Positions 1 to 11,779 of a DNA stretch of 64,000 bases are shown here, one piece after another. The translations under genes were made by a program, and so were the position numbers. The notes below the pieces were generated by a model that searched no databases, was not told the origin of the DNA, and saw nothing but the letters and a program-made list of their open reading frames with translations. The number at the start of each line of letters is the position of its first letter. The first letter of the stretch is position 1. This DNA comes from Raillietiella orientalis. Its lineage: Eukaryota. The DNA is taken from positions 1-64,000 of the forward strand of contig JAYWIR010000069.1 in assembly GCA_036172245.1 (NCBI GenBank), written 5' to 3'.

Positions 1-682
1 TCTCCGTGGAACCCTCACCTCCTACCAGAAAGCCCAGTTTGCCTCTTACGCACTGGGAAGTGCTGTGAATTGACCACATGATCGAAGGTACCGACTGCTA
101 TTTTCGAATGCAGGAAGCAACAGGCAAGGGCTGCTCAGGCAAGAGTTTTGTCATGGTAGGGAATGCGAATGCTTCCCCGTGATCTGTAACGGGTCGGAGT
201 AACAGGATCAAACACGCATTCCACGATCCTCTGCAGCGGATTCCCAACCGTGAGGGAGTGTAGTTATTTGCTTGACAACTCGGTCCATTCTGCCATACTG
301 GATTCGGTTGCATGAACTCAAGAATCGCAGGTAGTTAGATCACCTGCTTTCGCAAACCAAAAGCCAGTATGAACAGGATGCATGGCCTAGAGGACGCTTC
401 CCTCGTAGATGACAGAAGCGGAAATTCCTCTAGTCTCACCTTTGTCTACCCATCCTTGCTGCAGTCCTTTGCGAACAACACCTGTCGGAAGGCTCATGGA
501 GTTCGAATTCGGAGAGCAATACGGGAAGCATTTGGAGTGAGATACAGGACCGAAGTGAGGAATCGATCAGCAATGGAACGGATAAAGAACGGAGAGGATG
601 AACAAGGAGTTCGCTCCGACTCTACATTGGGTGCGAATGGCCTTTGCGTTCCCGTGAGAATGTCACGGGTAAAGCGTTGCAA

Positions 683-720
683 AACGCTTGCAGATGCGCG
701 GATGGGCATCTGCAAGCGTT
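683..720. repeat. Perfect 15-bp inverted repeat with an 8-nt loop
   Basis: AACGCTTGCAGATGC-GCGGATGG-GCATCTGCAAGCGTT. Confidence 0.85.
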
Positions 721-1829
721 CCTGAGACACAAAAGTTCAAGATGGAATTCCGCTACGTAAAACAGCCGATAGGCAGAGAGAGACTAGGCTACAAAGCTGT
801 GGGATTCATGAAAGACGGAAGGAATGAGAAGGAATGAGAATTCAATCACTCCCTGCGTTACTATTCCACGCAGCTGGAAGCGGAGATGTCTATTCACTAC
901 CGACTGATGACTTTGCGTGAAGATCATAGAGAAGGAGAGGTAGATGAGAAGGCGGTAGCACCTTAGGCTGTCGGGGAAGAATCGATGGAACATCTCCAAG
1001 GATACCAGGAGAGCCCAAGGAAAATGAAGCGCTGTCGCTTAGTGCATAACAAGTCATTTAGGGTGTGCAACCTTCTGAAATGTTATACGGCTGGATTATG
1101 TCAACATTTTAACTGCATCCTGTGCACAAATCGCTTTGAAATATCTGTAAATTTTTCCTAAAACCATGAATTTTATTTACGATATAAGCACCCATCCAAA
1201 GGTTGCGATAAATTACCTACTTGCAAGTTTTCGTATGAGATTCAAGGAACTTTGAAGTTTTAGCGTATGACAATTCGCAAATACTCGCAGCTTACTAAGA
1301 GCAAATCAACAGTTTAAAACATGGATTGTAGTATAATTGCTGAATTTTGGCATCTCGCAATAAAAAGATAAAAACTGACTGCGAATGACATGGCCTTAGA
1401 GCAGATTATCATGTATGCTTCCCTTCCGAATTGAGAGAAGCTGTTCCGAGAACACAATGGGATCTTTACCAAAGAGTCACAATGATCTTTTTGTTACAAA
1501 TGTAGAATTTCTCTTTTGTGGAATCGAAAATCAAGAACAATCGTGAAGTGTCGATATATTTACGTGACGTGCTGCGATATTAGAACATAACTATGTAACA
1601 AAGAGTGTTTTCAGAAACTTGGATGATGTTCTTTGGTTTGCTTTGTCATATTGCTCCTGGTTTTCTCGAAGAGCATTGCCCGCATTTGGTAACCCTTGTT
1701 CGTTTCTGTGCTGAGGGCTGCGCCGCCGAGTTGCATGCGGAAAGTCTGTCAAACAGTGGGAATGTGCGCAGCGAGCCGCACCAACTGGTGCTCGGCCACC
1801 CTTTCCCTGTTTTCAGAGCGTCTTTTGTG

Positions 1830-3078
1830 ATGGCCAAGGAATCCAAAAAGAATCAGAACAGATACATGCAAAGGCGTATTCATCATTTATTCCAGGTATA
1901 CAAAAGTGTTCTTGAAACGTCAGTTACCATGGGTTTGTTCAGTTTTTGAAAATTATTCAATGGTGCTTTATGTTTGAGGTTCCTATTGCTGTAGTTAAGA
2001 AATTTGTATTCGTTGAGAAAGTGCTTCAGTCTTGGTTTATTTGATCATGTATATGACTCTCTAAATATTTATGTATGCCAGTGGGGCCTTAAACTAAAGT
2101 TGAATCACATGAAGCAAATATTGTGCGAATCAGGTCATGTCAACTGGGTTCTATCTTGAGTGAATTCAGCATTTCATGTTTAAGTGTGACCCCACATGTG
2201 GATGCATTTGTTGTAAAGTTCAAAGTTGCACTGAACTTTTCCCTCTTTTCTAATAGAATCACTCACAATGTGAATTTGCCACCAAAAAAGTTGGAAGCCT
2301 TAATAAGAGCATTTGTTGCCTTTTATCAAGTGTAAGATTAATTACCATTTAAGTGTTCCTTGAGGATTTTTATTTGATGCTCTTGTACCTCATCAGATTA
2401 ATAATTAATTGTAATAAAAGCAGGCTGACGTTTTCTTAACTTCGGATTTGTGTATTGCAAGTTTTTTCCAGGAGTAAACTTTGCAATTTGTTATTGTATT
2501 AGCATCCCCTAGAGGTGGGAGTTGTGTTGCAACATTTTCCCTACTTGCCGCGTTTTTCAAATTGCAGGCCTTTAAGGTTCTTTAATCTATAAGTGCAACA
2601 GCCATTTTATAGTCATCAGTTGCCTTTTCAGGCACTTGATCAGCTGCCTGTTTTTATTAGCAGTATGTGTATTACAATTGTAGCACTGTATCTAAGGCAT
2701 TGTTTTATGTTTCTGCCCATGAAAGGTATTCATAAGTTTTCATTCTGTTTGAAGTTAGCACAACTTGTTTCGCACCCTGATCGAAGAAGTTCTGGACTAG
2801 CTTTCATATACTGTGATAGCTTGATATCTGTTAGTCAGAAATCGCAAACCCAAATGTAAGTACGTTGGTGCTAAAATGGCAACTGTTAATTGTTTTGTAG
2901 CCTGCCGTCCATAAAAAGTAAAATATGCAAGAAGTGCCATTCATTTCTGCATCCTGGATTTTCAGCACAGTATAGATTGCGTTCAAGGAGAGAGAAACAT
3001 TTAGTAATTACATGCTTGAACTGCCACACAGTAAAGAGATATCCACTTAAAAAAAGGCCTTTGAAGACCCCGACTTAG
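1830..3078 (+). CDS. RPP21: Ribonuclease P protein subunit p21 (Rpr2/RPP21 family), 3 exons: 1830-1895, 2755-2855, 2901-3078; 114 aa
   Basis: The spliced product MAKESKKNQNRYMQRRIHHLFQ|LAQ...SQKSQTQI|LPSIKSKICKKCHSFLHPG...KHLVITCLNCHTVKRYP has the R-I-x-x-L-x-Q N-terminal helix and two CxxC zinc-ribbon pairs typical of Rpr2. Both introns are GT-AG and phase-compatible. Confidence 0.9.
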
Positions 3079-3608
3079 GCTGCTAAAAGAGTTGCAATTC
3101 GAGAAATTTTAAAAAGACTTTGGAACCATGTGCATAGAAGTATGTGCAGCAAAATTCAGTGACCAAGTTGGTCTCCCAGGAGGACCTCGCACTGCCCCTG
3201 AAGTAACGTTTGAATAGTTTTGCCTCTTGTATTGTGTATGTGCTCCATTGGAATGAATACATTATGGTGCATACAATTTGTCTCAGATGTGCAAATTGTG
3301 TTGCCTGTCTCAAGGATTGAGTTGTTTTATTGGGGCATTCTCTTGTGCGTGCATGTTGGCACTATGCAAAAAACAAACATGCAGTGGAAGACAAAGGTGC
3401 AAGTCAGTTGTCGAATGTTCGGTAAGTCACCAAGGTCTGCCACCAGATTACATTGCTGTCAAGTCATTCGCTGATCAAGTTGCATCGTTGTGTGTGTCTC
3501 CATACTGTAGGCTCAAAGAGTGTTTGGTGTTGGACGCAATTGCCAACGTTCAAACAGCATTTTCGTGTGTTTCTTCACAGATGAAGAACATGAAAAGCAA
3601 TTGGATTT

Positions 3609-4493
3609 CTAAGGGGTCCTATTCTTTTCTAGCACAGGGAGCATGTCTTTTAAAAACAAAGGAAATGGGATCTTCTTTTTGAGCGCATATTGGTATAGTA
3701 GCCTGGGACCTATTGAATCCTCCAAGTCCTTCTTGATTTCCATCGTTTTTCTCAAATATTCCGTTTTATCTCCTTTGTGTTTCTCCTCGCTGTCAGCCTC
3801 AAAGGTGTTTTTGCATAAACTGTTCCAGTTTTCGGTGTTCACAGCCCAGGAGTCTCCATATTTCCGCACGATGACCTGGCTTCTCCTTTTTTTCTTCAGT
3901 GTTTTTAAGGGTACGGACGGATACACAGTAACTTTATCCATCCACAGCTCGTACGGCATGCTTTTCACTTCAACGGCTTCGAATTCTGGCACGTTGAAGT
4001 TCTTCTCCAGCCTAAAAAAATCATATAAGAATTGCTTGGAGATTTTACTGTCATCGAAATCATGTTTCCAGTTAATCCAGTCCCAGAACTGCGAGATGAT
4101 GTCGTTGTAAGCGGCCTCGAAAATTTCGGACTGAGTTTGGGAGTCGTCCTTGCGACTTTGGGACGGTTGCGGTCGACCTTTCCGCGCAAGTGGTCGCCCT
4201 TGTCCCTCCCTCCTTTGGATTCGCCGGGAAGCATTCTTTGGGGTGTTCACCGGCAGCAGCACCTCGGACTGGGCACGTTGGACGGTCGGTTTGTGAAAAA
4301 TTGGAGACTGCCGACTTGCGGTGGCATTTCGCGGCAGATTTCGCCCACCTCGGAGATTTTCGGGGCTTTTGGTTTGCAGGCCGACGTTGGATGGAAGAAA
4401 AAGTGTGAACGCGATGACATGCGTGCAGAGCACATTCCTTTTCTTTTGTTTTTTTCCAACAATGAGTGTAAAAGAAGGCGAATCCACCGACAC
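3609..4493 (-). CDS. Hypothetical protein, probably a terminal exon (294-codon ORF with a globular-looking C-terminal ~170 aa)
   Basis: Long open frame whose C-terminal part lies in AT-rich sequence where stops would be expected, with protein-like composition (AYNDIISQFWDWINWKHDF...). It converges on RPP21. No family recognised; the start and upstream exons are uncertain. Confidence 0.5.
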   Translation of the reverse strand: MSVDSPSFTLIVGKKQKKRNVLCTHVIAFTLFLPSNVGLQTKSPENLRGGRNLPRNATASRQSPIFHKPTVQRAQSEVLLPVNTPKNASRRIQRREGQGRPLARKGRPQPSQSRKDDSQTQSEIFEAAYNDIISQFWDWINWKHDFDDSKISKQFLYDFFRLEKNFNVPEFEAVEVKSMPYELWMDKVTVYPSVPLKTLKKKRRSQVIVRKYGDSWAVNTENWNSLCKNTFEADSEEKHKGDKTEYLRKTMEIKKDLEDSIGPRLLYQYALKKKIPFPLFLKDMLPVLEKNRTP

Positions 4494-5132
4494 ACCTTAA
4501 ACTTAAACTTGTGGAATCCAAAATCCGAGGTGCTGAAAGCGTGTCCTGCGGGCAAACTCCTCGCTGGCAAGCTCTGGAAAATTCTTTGGCTTCCAGAGGC
4601 GGAGGAAATCCGTTCTGGTGAATGATTCTCTCCTTGCATGAAACCCAAGATGGCAAGATGAACAACAGCAATAGAGAAGGTTCAGTTCGTTGTTCTCTTA
4701 CTAATTTACTAATTGCATCTGGTAAATACTGTTCTAAGAAAAAGAACATAGGTGGATCTCACGAAGGTGTGGTCAAGAAACGATAAGCGCGTACAGCTGT
4801 GGTCCAACGCAAGATCCCTTCTTTACGGTAGCTTAGCAAACCATCTTCGTTGTCGCTTGGGATATTTTAGAAGGGAGCACTGATTTGGTAGTTTCAATTC
4901 GTTAGCCGTGCACGTTCTATAAGCAGAGTTGGTTGCCGATCGGCTGAGGAGCAGTCAATCCCGGCATTGGATCCACTCCTTGAGGTTTGCCCCTGAAGAA
5001 TATAGAGTTCCCAGGAGAACTCGGAAGGCACTCGACCTGTCCGTCTCACCATAGCAAAGACATGCTTTTGTCTTTGCTGCCGACAGAGGACGGAGTCCGT
5101 AATGGACCGATCTCCCTCCATGCACCTCCACC

Positions 5133-7595
5133 CCAGAAACTTTTACTTTCGAGTCACTTTGAAACATTTCCTTGGCGGCATCTCTGTTCATTCTCTTTTT
5201 GTTCCTTCGTATTCAGGCATACGTATATGTACATATATTTGTGCGTGCGTTGCAAATGTGCAGCTTGCGATTGCAAATCAGAGGCAACGCAGTGATTTTC
5301 GATTCCCTGAGGAGTCTGTCGGCTTTCATCTGTAGAACTCCACGTTCCGGTCTGCATCATGGTGTTTTGAACACTCTGGAAAAAAAGGGCTTTCCGTTTG
5401 ATGGTTGCTGAAGGACACCGCACCTGAATGAAGAATGTGTTCCCAGCAGTACATAACCGTCGTATCGACTTCGTACATCGACGTTTGTATGGAGAGCCCG
5501 CCCTTAAGAATCCCTTGTATGAATTTAAGATGGGTACTCCGGTCACCCTGAGATTCTGCACGGGAGCCATCGCTGCTCAGCTGGTTAACCCTGTGCTCTT
5601 TTCACTGTTTTGGCTTTTCTGGTGGATGCCTCGGGCAGGACTTCCGGGAAACTGATCTTCCGTCTTCCTTCTTTTCCACATTCGGAAGCAGCAATTTCTA
5701 GTCCTTGGATCGAAATGCTGTTCTCGTAGAATCGTCCCAGCACGCGAAACCGTGGCCTTTTCTTGCAAGCTCTAAACATAACCTGCGCTGCATTCGACGG
5801 CGCATGTGCGAAAATGGTTTTGCCGCCAATGGGTGACTCATTCTTTTTGACCACACACTAATCGCGTTTCGGAAAAAGAATGCACACTCTCCACCTCGTC
5901 TTCCCTTCGTGGTTTGAGAGGAACCGTCTCAATCTCGGACCGGAGGAGAGCAAATTCCCTGAACCCTTCTGTTCTACCCGCTCACCCCCGATGTCTTTAA
6001 GGTCCCCTTGTTAGTCGGATTAATCGCACCCATTGCACCTCGCTGACACTCGCAGTCTACGAGGATGTTTTATCCGACAGGTAGTGAGGGATTCTGGTTT
6101 CGCAGAAGGCCGCGAAACCCTACAACTGTTTGCAGTCCGTTTTCATCAAAACACTTGTAGAAGAGGAAGACCTGAGAAAGAGGAGCGCACCGTTCGACGA
6201 GGGCGGCGCCGGCATGGCACATCTCGGCAGCGCGCGCAACCGAGCCATCTTGCACAGAATCCTGATAGCATCCCTTTCCCAAACAGGAGGAATGTCCTCT
6301 CTTCTTTTTCTGTATCAAGGAAGCCTTCATCGTGGAGGGATACGGCGAGAAGAGCATTATCGTCCATTATGCAGAGTACCATGTGTGCAGACGTCGTGCA
6401 CATCAAAAGCACAGCGCGCCAAATGCTGTTCTTCGACGCACAAGTGAGGCCATCGCCTACACCCTTCCTTGCCAACCGCTTCCGTTAAGGTTACATTTCG
6501 CATGTGGAATACCATCTTATGGAACCGCCTATACTCCAGGCACTCCAAGCCACTTTCTTCTTTCTCTTTTTCGCTAGTAATGGATCTCCGGAGCCTTCGT
6601 ATCAATGAAGAATTCCCCCTCGTCTTTTATTGCCCCAAGTGAAAGAGGAGCAAGAAGAAGAAGTCTTTGCGCGGAACTGCAAACGGCATTTCAGTGGTAT
6701 CGCAATTCGGAAGCAGCGGCGATGGCCACCCATGCACCAGCAGCAGTAGGAATTCGACGAGTGGCAGAAAGGAAGACGTCAGCTGAGATGACCCTCGCTA
6801 AACAAATCGGCGGAGTAGTTTCACTTCGACGGATATTGAAGACCGCACTCCCAGGGAGCCCAGCTCTGCTTCAGAAAAGCCTTCGGAACGCGTGTTCGTC
6901 ATCTCTCTTGTTCTCGCTCTGCTACCCGGATTGATGTCAGGGACAAGGCAGTGGACGTCCGTCAAGGAAGAGCTCCAGTCCCGTGGGAGACACTTCCACG
7001 TCATACGCAGAGACTTGCCTGAAAATCTGGAAAGAAGAGAACAAACAGTACCATCGAGTACGGTACGGATGCGGCCTTTAGACTGAAAGGAATGTGAAGT
7101 GGAATCTGCGCAGAGGGAAAGACGAGGGCATCTAGGGGAGACTCCAGTGGACCGTTCAGGATGACGAGAGCATCGCTGAGCCCCAAAGCGCCGGAATAAC
7201 TCGCTACTGACGTGTAGCTGATGGTTGCTCACCGGAAGAAACGAGCGGATTCCGAGCTCACCCAAGGAACAATGCAAGTTTTCCGGCAGCTTCGATTCGA
7301 CTATCATTTCTACTAGAAACTTCAGTCTGCACTGCCCCTGGCGACGAACTGGCGGCATGACTTCACATACTAAATGGAGCACTGCCGTGACCCTCCAGCC
7401 GAGAACTCCGCTGTTCATCTGGTGCTCGTGGGGCGGCCTTTCTTGCAAGATGAGGCAGCAAGCCAGCCGACTCGTAAAGCAAGAAGGACAGGAAAATCAT
7501 GCAGCACGCATCCAAAGCGGATCCGAAGGAGAACCAACTGAAGGGATCGAAAGCGTGCACGAAAGAAGCGGGTAAACGATGACCCAGCGTGTCCG
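5133..7595. repeat. Copy 1 of a 2463-bp near-identical direct duplication (partner 26741-29203)
   Basis: Sequence and ORF track repeat at an offset of 21608. Only one substitution was spotted (T5659 vs C27267). Confidence 0.97.
6937..7026 (-). pseudogene. Orphan duplicate of the FUK terminal exon (IFRQVSAYDVEVSPTGLELFLDGRPLPCP*), with duplicated AATAAA at 6626-6631
   Basis: Identical to 28545-28634, but no other FUK exons were found between this copy and the intact gene. Confidence 0.8.
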
Positions 7596-8089
7596 TGTCC
7601 CCCATCGCCCGAGAAGTCCGAGGAAGGTGAAACCCATCGTTGTCGCACGAAAGATCCCGCGATTCGTATACCGTGAACGCATTTGGAAGATGCAATGGAT
7701 TTCTCGCTTCGATAGAATTTTACAACTATCTTTCATGGTAATGGCTGCATTCATAGGGTTTGAGTGCATCCCTCGTCCTTACATGGCTGCTACACCGGTC
7801 AGCTAGATAGCTTCGCCAGAGATGCTTGAGGACTTCAATGGAGTGCAATGTTTATTGAAGCAGATGCAGATGAATGTCACAGTGACGTCTACTGCTCCGT
7901 GTACAGATACGTGTACAGATACGCTGCAGCTGCGTCACAGTTACGTGTGCGTCTGGAGGGGCCTTCGAGAAGGGATCACTGTGGGTGCTGGAGGGCGTTC
8001 TGTATATCTTTATAAGGATGCCCGCAAGTTCCTGTTTCGCGATTCCCAGATGGGGCTGTCCGCTACCCTCAAAAAGAGGACCACAGAAT

Positions 8090-8530
8090 TTATGGCATCC
8101 AGCCGTCCTCGCCTCTCTCAACCCCGCTGGAGTCAGCCTCAATCACTCGTAGGCAGCAAAGTGCTGCTAGGGATACGGTCGACGTGAAGACTTCGCGAAC
8201 TAAGACGCGCTTAAGAACGTCTCTGGGGTTGTGCTTGGGGATCCGCAGGGATGCGGCAAAACGCTCCCACAAAATGTGGAGGGCAAAACAACTGGGCGGA
8301 AGAAGGAAAGAGTTAGGTGTGCTGATGGCGGGTCGGCTGACCGATGCTGCTGCCGCAAGTGCCCCATCCAAAGGACTTTTGCGGTTGGTTGAGCCGCTAG
8401 GAATTCCTAGGGAAAACCTCGAGTAGACCCAATGCTGAAAAATTTTTGCACTCTTTCTCTCAGTTGACAAGATTTGGCGATCCTGTTGTTGCATTGGGGC
8501 CTCCTGTTCAACGCCGGTCGGCATCAATGA
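8090..8530 (-). mobile_element. Degenerate Tx1/L1-like ORF2 C-terminal fragment
   Basis: Translation (PRDVLKRVLV...LAALCCLR) and DNA match the 10790-10860 and 12170-12260 segments of the better-preserved copies. Confidence 0.6.
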
Positions 8531-8539
8531 GTGAGGGGG

Positions 8540-9138
8540 CGAGTCTGAATTGTAGCAGGTGCGGGGAACGAAAGTCCTTCTCTCACTTGTTCATGGATTG
8601 TCTTCCCTCTTATCCCCATTAGAAAGCTTTGCTGACACCTTGACGACCCTTCCGAAGACAACTTCAGAGTTTTAAGATGCCTCTTCTTTAAGGGTGCTCC
8701 ACCACCATCTGCATGTCTAGCAGATTCCTCCCTTCTTCATGGGATTGCGGCTACCTGGGACGCTGTCGAGAGAGGCGAGGACGGCAGGAACGCCACCATT
8801 TCGCAGTCAGCTCCTTGAGGATCGCTTCGAGGTGGCTCCATCTGGAGTGAATGCGGTGCGATCTTCTAGGCATCCATGAAAGGATGCAGGGGACGCCCAA
8901 TAGCAGCCAGTGACCCCATTGCTGACCCTTCAGGGTGTGTTTTTAAATCTATTTATTTTTCATTTTGTCTTCTTTTGTTTGACCCTCTACCGTCTACTGT
9001 CGAGGTGAGCCTTGTTGGTCTGTGTACCGGTTTATCGACAAATTGCTGGAAGAAACGAACGTAGTGGCAGCGGCAGTTCCACCACTGCTTTTGTATGTTT
9101 ATCCTTTGGATAAACACCTAATCGTAACCGAGTGAAAA
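8540..9138 (+). mobile_element. 5'-truncated Tx1/L1-like copy (CCHC knuckle, 3' UTR and terminal motif)
   Basis: CSRCGERKSFSHLFMDC at ~8551, a pyrimidine-rich 3' UTR, and the terminus GATAAACACCTAATCGTAACCGAGTGAAAA. Confidence 0.7.
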
Positions 9139-9149
9139 CAAGCGGCGGC

Positions 9150-10378
9150 GGAAGAGCTCGCGGCCTGAAGCGCGACTGGTTGGTGGATGCGGATGTACGC
9201 AGGAAGCACCTGACAGGTGGGGATTCGAGTCCCTGCTCCTCGTGCACTGGCTATTCCAGTGCAACGAGCGACGGCATCGTGCTTCCTCTGGGGTTGCTCC
9301 CTCTAACTGTGGCAGGTGCGGGTCACGGAGTCGTTCATGCACTTGCTTTTAGACTGCGGTGCTCCAGGAACTATGGCGGAGGCTGGCAGCAGCACTCCTG
9401 CACCAGGAGGACACTGCTCGAGATGTGGCACCTAGTGGACCCACGACTGGCGCAGTGATCGCAACCATAGGTTGCATACGCGCCATCGTTACAGCCCAAA
9501 ATGTACTGGAGACCAAGAGGCAGCGGAGGGATGTCATCGCTTTGGCAGCCATCTACATCGGTATGGCTGCAAGGTGGCATCACCTTGATGAGGAGACGAA
9601 GGAGATCGGCGGCATAGAGCGCCGGTTTACTCATGTTTAGGAAGGGTCCATGTCGGTGACCCCAGTCCCCTTTACTCCCTTACTAATTGAATTTTGCTTT
9701 TTTTTCTGTACTCCTTATCCCTACTCGCTCCGTCAATGTCCCGGTGTTTTTAATTTTTGTTTTTTGTTTGTCTAGTCCCCGGTTCTCGAGGAGCTAGTTC
9801 AAAGATCCCTACCCCAACCCACCCAATATTTATTTTTTTTTGTCCCTTGCCCCTCACCCCTTCTGGACATCTGCTTTTCCCGGCCTGCATGTCGGTGGAC
9901 CCTCCCTTTATTTCTCGTATTTGGCGGTTGTCAACATTTGTTCCTCGCTGGTTTATCAAAATAAACGCCTCAGCGTGACCGGGTGAAAAATTTCAGTCCC
10001 CTCCTGTTACCAGGTGCGCCCTGCGCGCAGAAGCACGCGGCCAATGAGCTATACGCGGCAATGCGCGATCGCAGCTTGATACGGGGAGAACCGAGAAGAC
10101 GGAAGACAGCCTCGGTCACGACCTGTGTCGACGGTTTGATAAACGAAAAGGAGTGGGATGGACTCTGCCCAACCATTCGCGACTAGAATCCGAAGTCTGC
10201 CCACTCGACAAGGGACCCCAATCCAAGGGGTGGCATCTTCCCGCTGAACCTTCCAGGAGCAGCGGAACATCACGAATTTCTGAGAAGCTTCACCCTCGAG
10301 AGCCTCATGGTCTGGGGTTGTCTCAACCTCTCGGTCCGCGAGTACTGCAACCAGTTTTCTCTCGACCACCTGCCCGCT
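9150..10378 (+). mobile_element. Degenerate APE-endonuclease fragment (9150-9240 and 9990-10378) split by a nested 3'-end copy of the same family (9242-9990)
   Basis: LKRDWLVDADVRRKHLTGGD (9150-9240) continues as LLPGAPCAQKHAANELYAAMRDR (from ~9990), collinear with the EN ORF at 11300-11440. The insert encodes GCIRAIVTA...DVIALAAIYIGMAARWHHL and ends AATAAACGCCTCAGCGTGACCGGGTGAAAAA. Confidence 0.7.
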
Positions 10379-10384
10379 TGGAGA

Positions 10385-11015
10385 TGCCACTCGGATACGC
10401 CGGGACGTTTATTTAAAACTCGTTTATGGTCAACACAAAACGTGATACAAGGCCCCACTAACGGCCACGCAATACACCGGACCTTCCGGACGCCGGGACG
10501 CAACCCGGTGTGACTCTCTTCGGCAGTGGAAGGGGATGGGGAAGAAAACAAAAATAAAAATAAGAAAAAAACAAAAAGAGCTTGGAGGGCCGGGAAGGGA
10601 TCACTGCCCACTGAGAGGAAAGCCCATCCTTCGCAAGATGTTCTCGAGGTCCATTTGCATCTGTCCCAGTTGGGGCCATCCGGCAGCTCTCTAAATGAAT
10701 CGAACTGCATAAGGGATGACTTCCATCTCGTTTGAATCAACATCTTCGTCCTGGGCATCACTCCATGCCGCCACGATGCCCCGGATGCAGCAAAGTGCTG
10801 CAAGGGCTGCGGCTGGCTGAAGGGCGTCCCACACGAACAGGAGTCGTAAAACGTCTCTGGGCACGCTGCCCACCCTGAGCCCGAGGGTCCTCCCAAAATG
10901 TTCCCAAAGGGGCCGGAGGGCAGCACAATCAACAAGAAGGTGGGGGAACGATTCACGCTCCCCGCACCTGGCACACTCAGGCTTTACTCTCCCCCGCATC
11001 CCTTCGATCCGGCGC
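10385..11015 (-). mobile_element. 5'-truncated Tx1/L1-like copy (CCHC knuckle, 3' UTR and terminal motif)
   Basis: CARCGERESFPHLLVDC; clearly homologous to 11780-12400; AATAAA at 10408-10413 on the minus strand. Confidence 0.85.
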
Positions 11016-11770
11016 TCCTGCAGAAGATCCACGTGATCACCGCGGAGAACGCCCAGGAGATAGAGAGGATCGCAGGGGGTCGTCTGTATTGGCAATGCGG
11101 CACTCGCAACAGCTGTGGTGTCGCGTTTTTCATGAAGCCAGCAGTCGCCGCCCTCGTCAAGGACGTACGCTTCGACAAGGACAGTCTGGTTGGCCAGCTT
11201 ATCCTTAGGTGGTCCGACTCGATCGACCTTGTCGTGACGAACGTGTACGCTCCGAGCGGAGGATGCGGGTACGGGGAACGTTCCCGGTTCCTCGAAACCC
11301 TGAAGCGCCACTGGCTGGTGGATACAAACGTACGCAAGGCACATCTGATCGGCGGGGATTTCAACATCCGCCTGCTCTCAGGTGTGCCTTGCGGGCAAAA
11401 AGACGTAGCCAACGAGCTGTGCGCTGCTATGCGCAAGCGCAACTTGTTGGGAAACCTACCGGAAATGGTCCAAAGCGTAGACCACGTCTTCCTTGACGCC
11501 GACCTGTGCCCACGGGTCGGCAGACGAGGGAAACTTCCGTCGACGCTATCGGACCATTTCCGGTTGATATTCGAAGTTATGCCTCGCGACAAAGGACCAC
11601 CATCCAGGGCGTGGCGTCTGCCCTGGGACTGGACGCGCATCTTAGGTGCGGCGGAACATCTCCGCCAATTCCTAGGAGGCGTCATTCTCCGGAATCTCGA
11701 AGACTGGGACCGCATGAAGGTCTCGGTCCGCGAGTTCTGCGAGAAGTTCCCTCTGCACCGCCTGCCCCGG
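11012..11770 (+). mobile_element. APE-type endonuclease domain fragment of a Tx1/L1-clade ORF2 (within ORF 10898-11839)
   Basis: Motifs GVAF, NVYAP, IGGDFN, VDHVF and LSDH, followed by WRLP...WDRMKVSVREFC, typical of the L1/Tx1 post-EN linker. The expected LQET reads LQKI, and the EN N-terminus is absent. Confidence 0.9.
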
Positions 11771-11779
11771 GGATTTAGG

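Noticed and set aside
200..300. LPHGWE on the - strand, resembling the start of a WW domain
   Set aside because: A stop follows before the conserved aromatic residues and the second Trp.
5700..5930. EGKT...GKTIFAHAPSNAAQ on the - strand resembles SF1 (UPF1-like) helicase motifs I/Ia
   Set aside because: There is no proper Walker A, an in-frame stop lies between the motifs, and no DE motif or downstream helicase motifs were found; likely chance.
6146..6475. Possible second pepsin-like paralog (FLLFGKGMLSGFCARW here; LSVGSERRALLAV at ~25900-25960)
   Set aside because: Only vague similarity, and no phase-consistent exon chain could be built.
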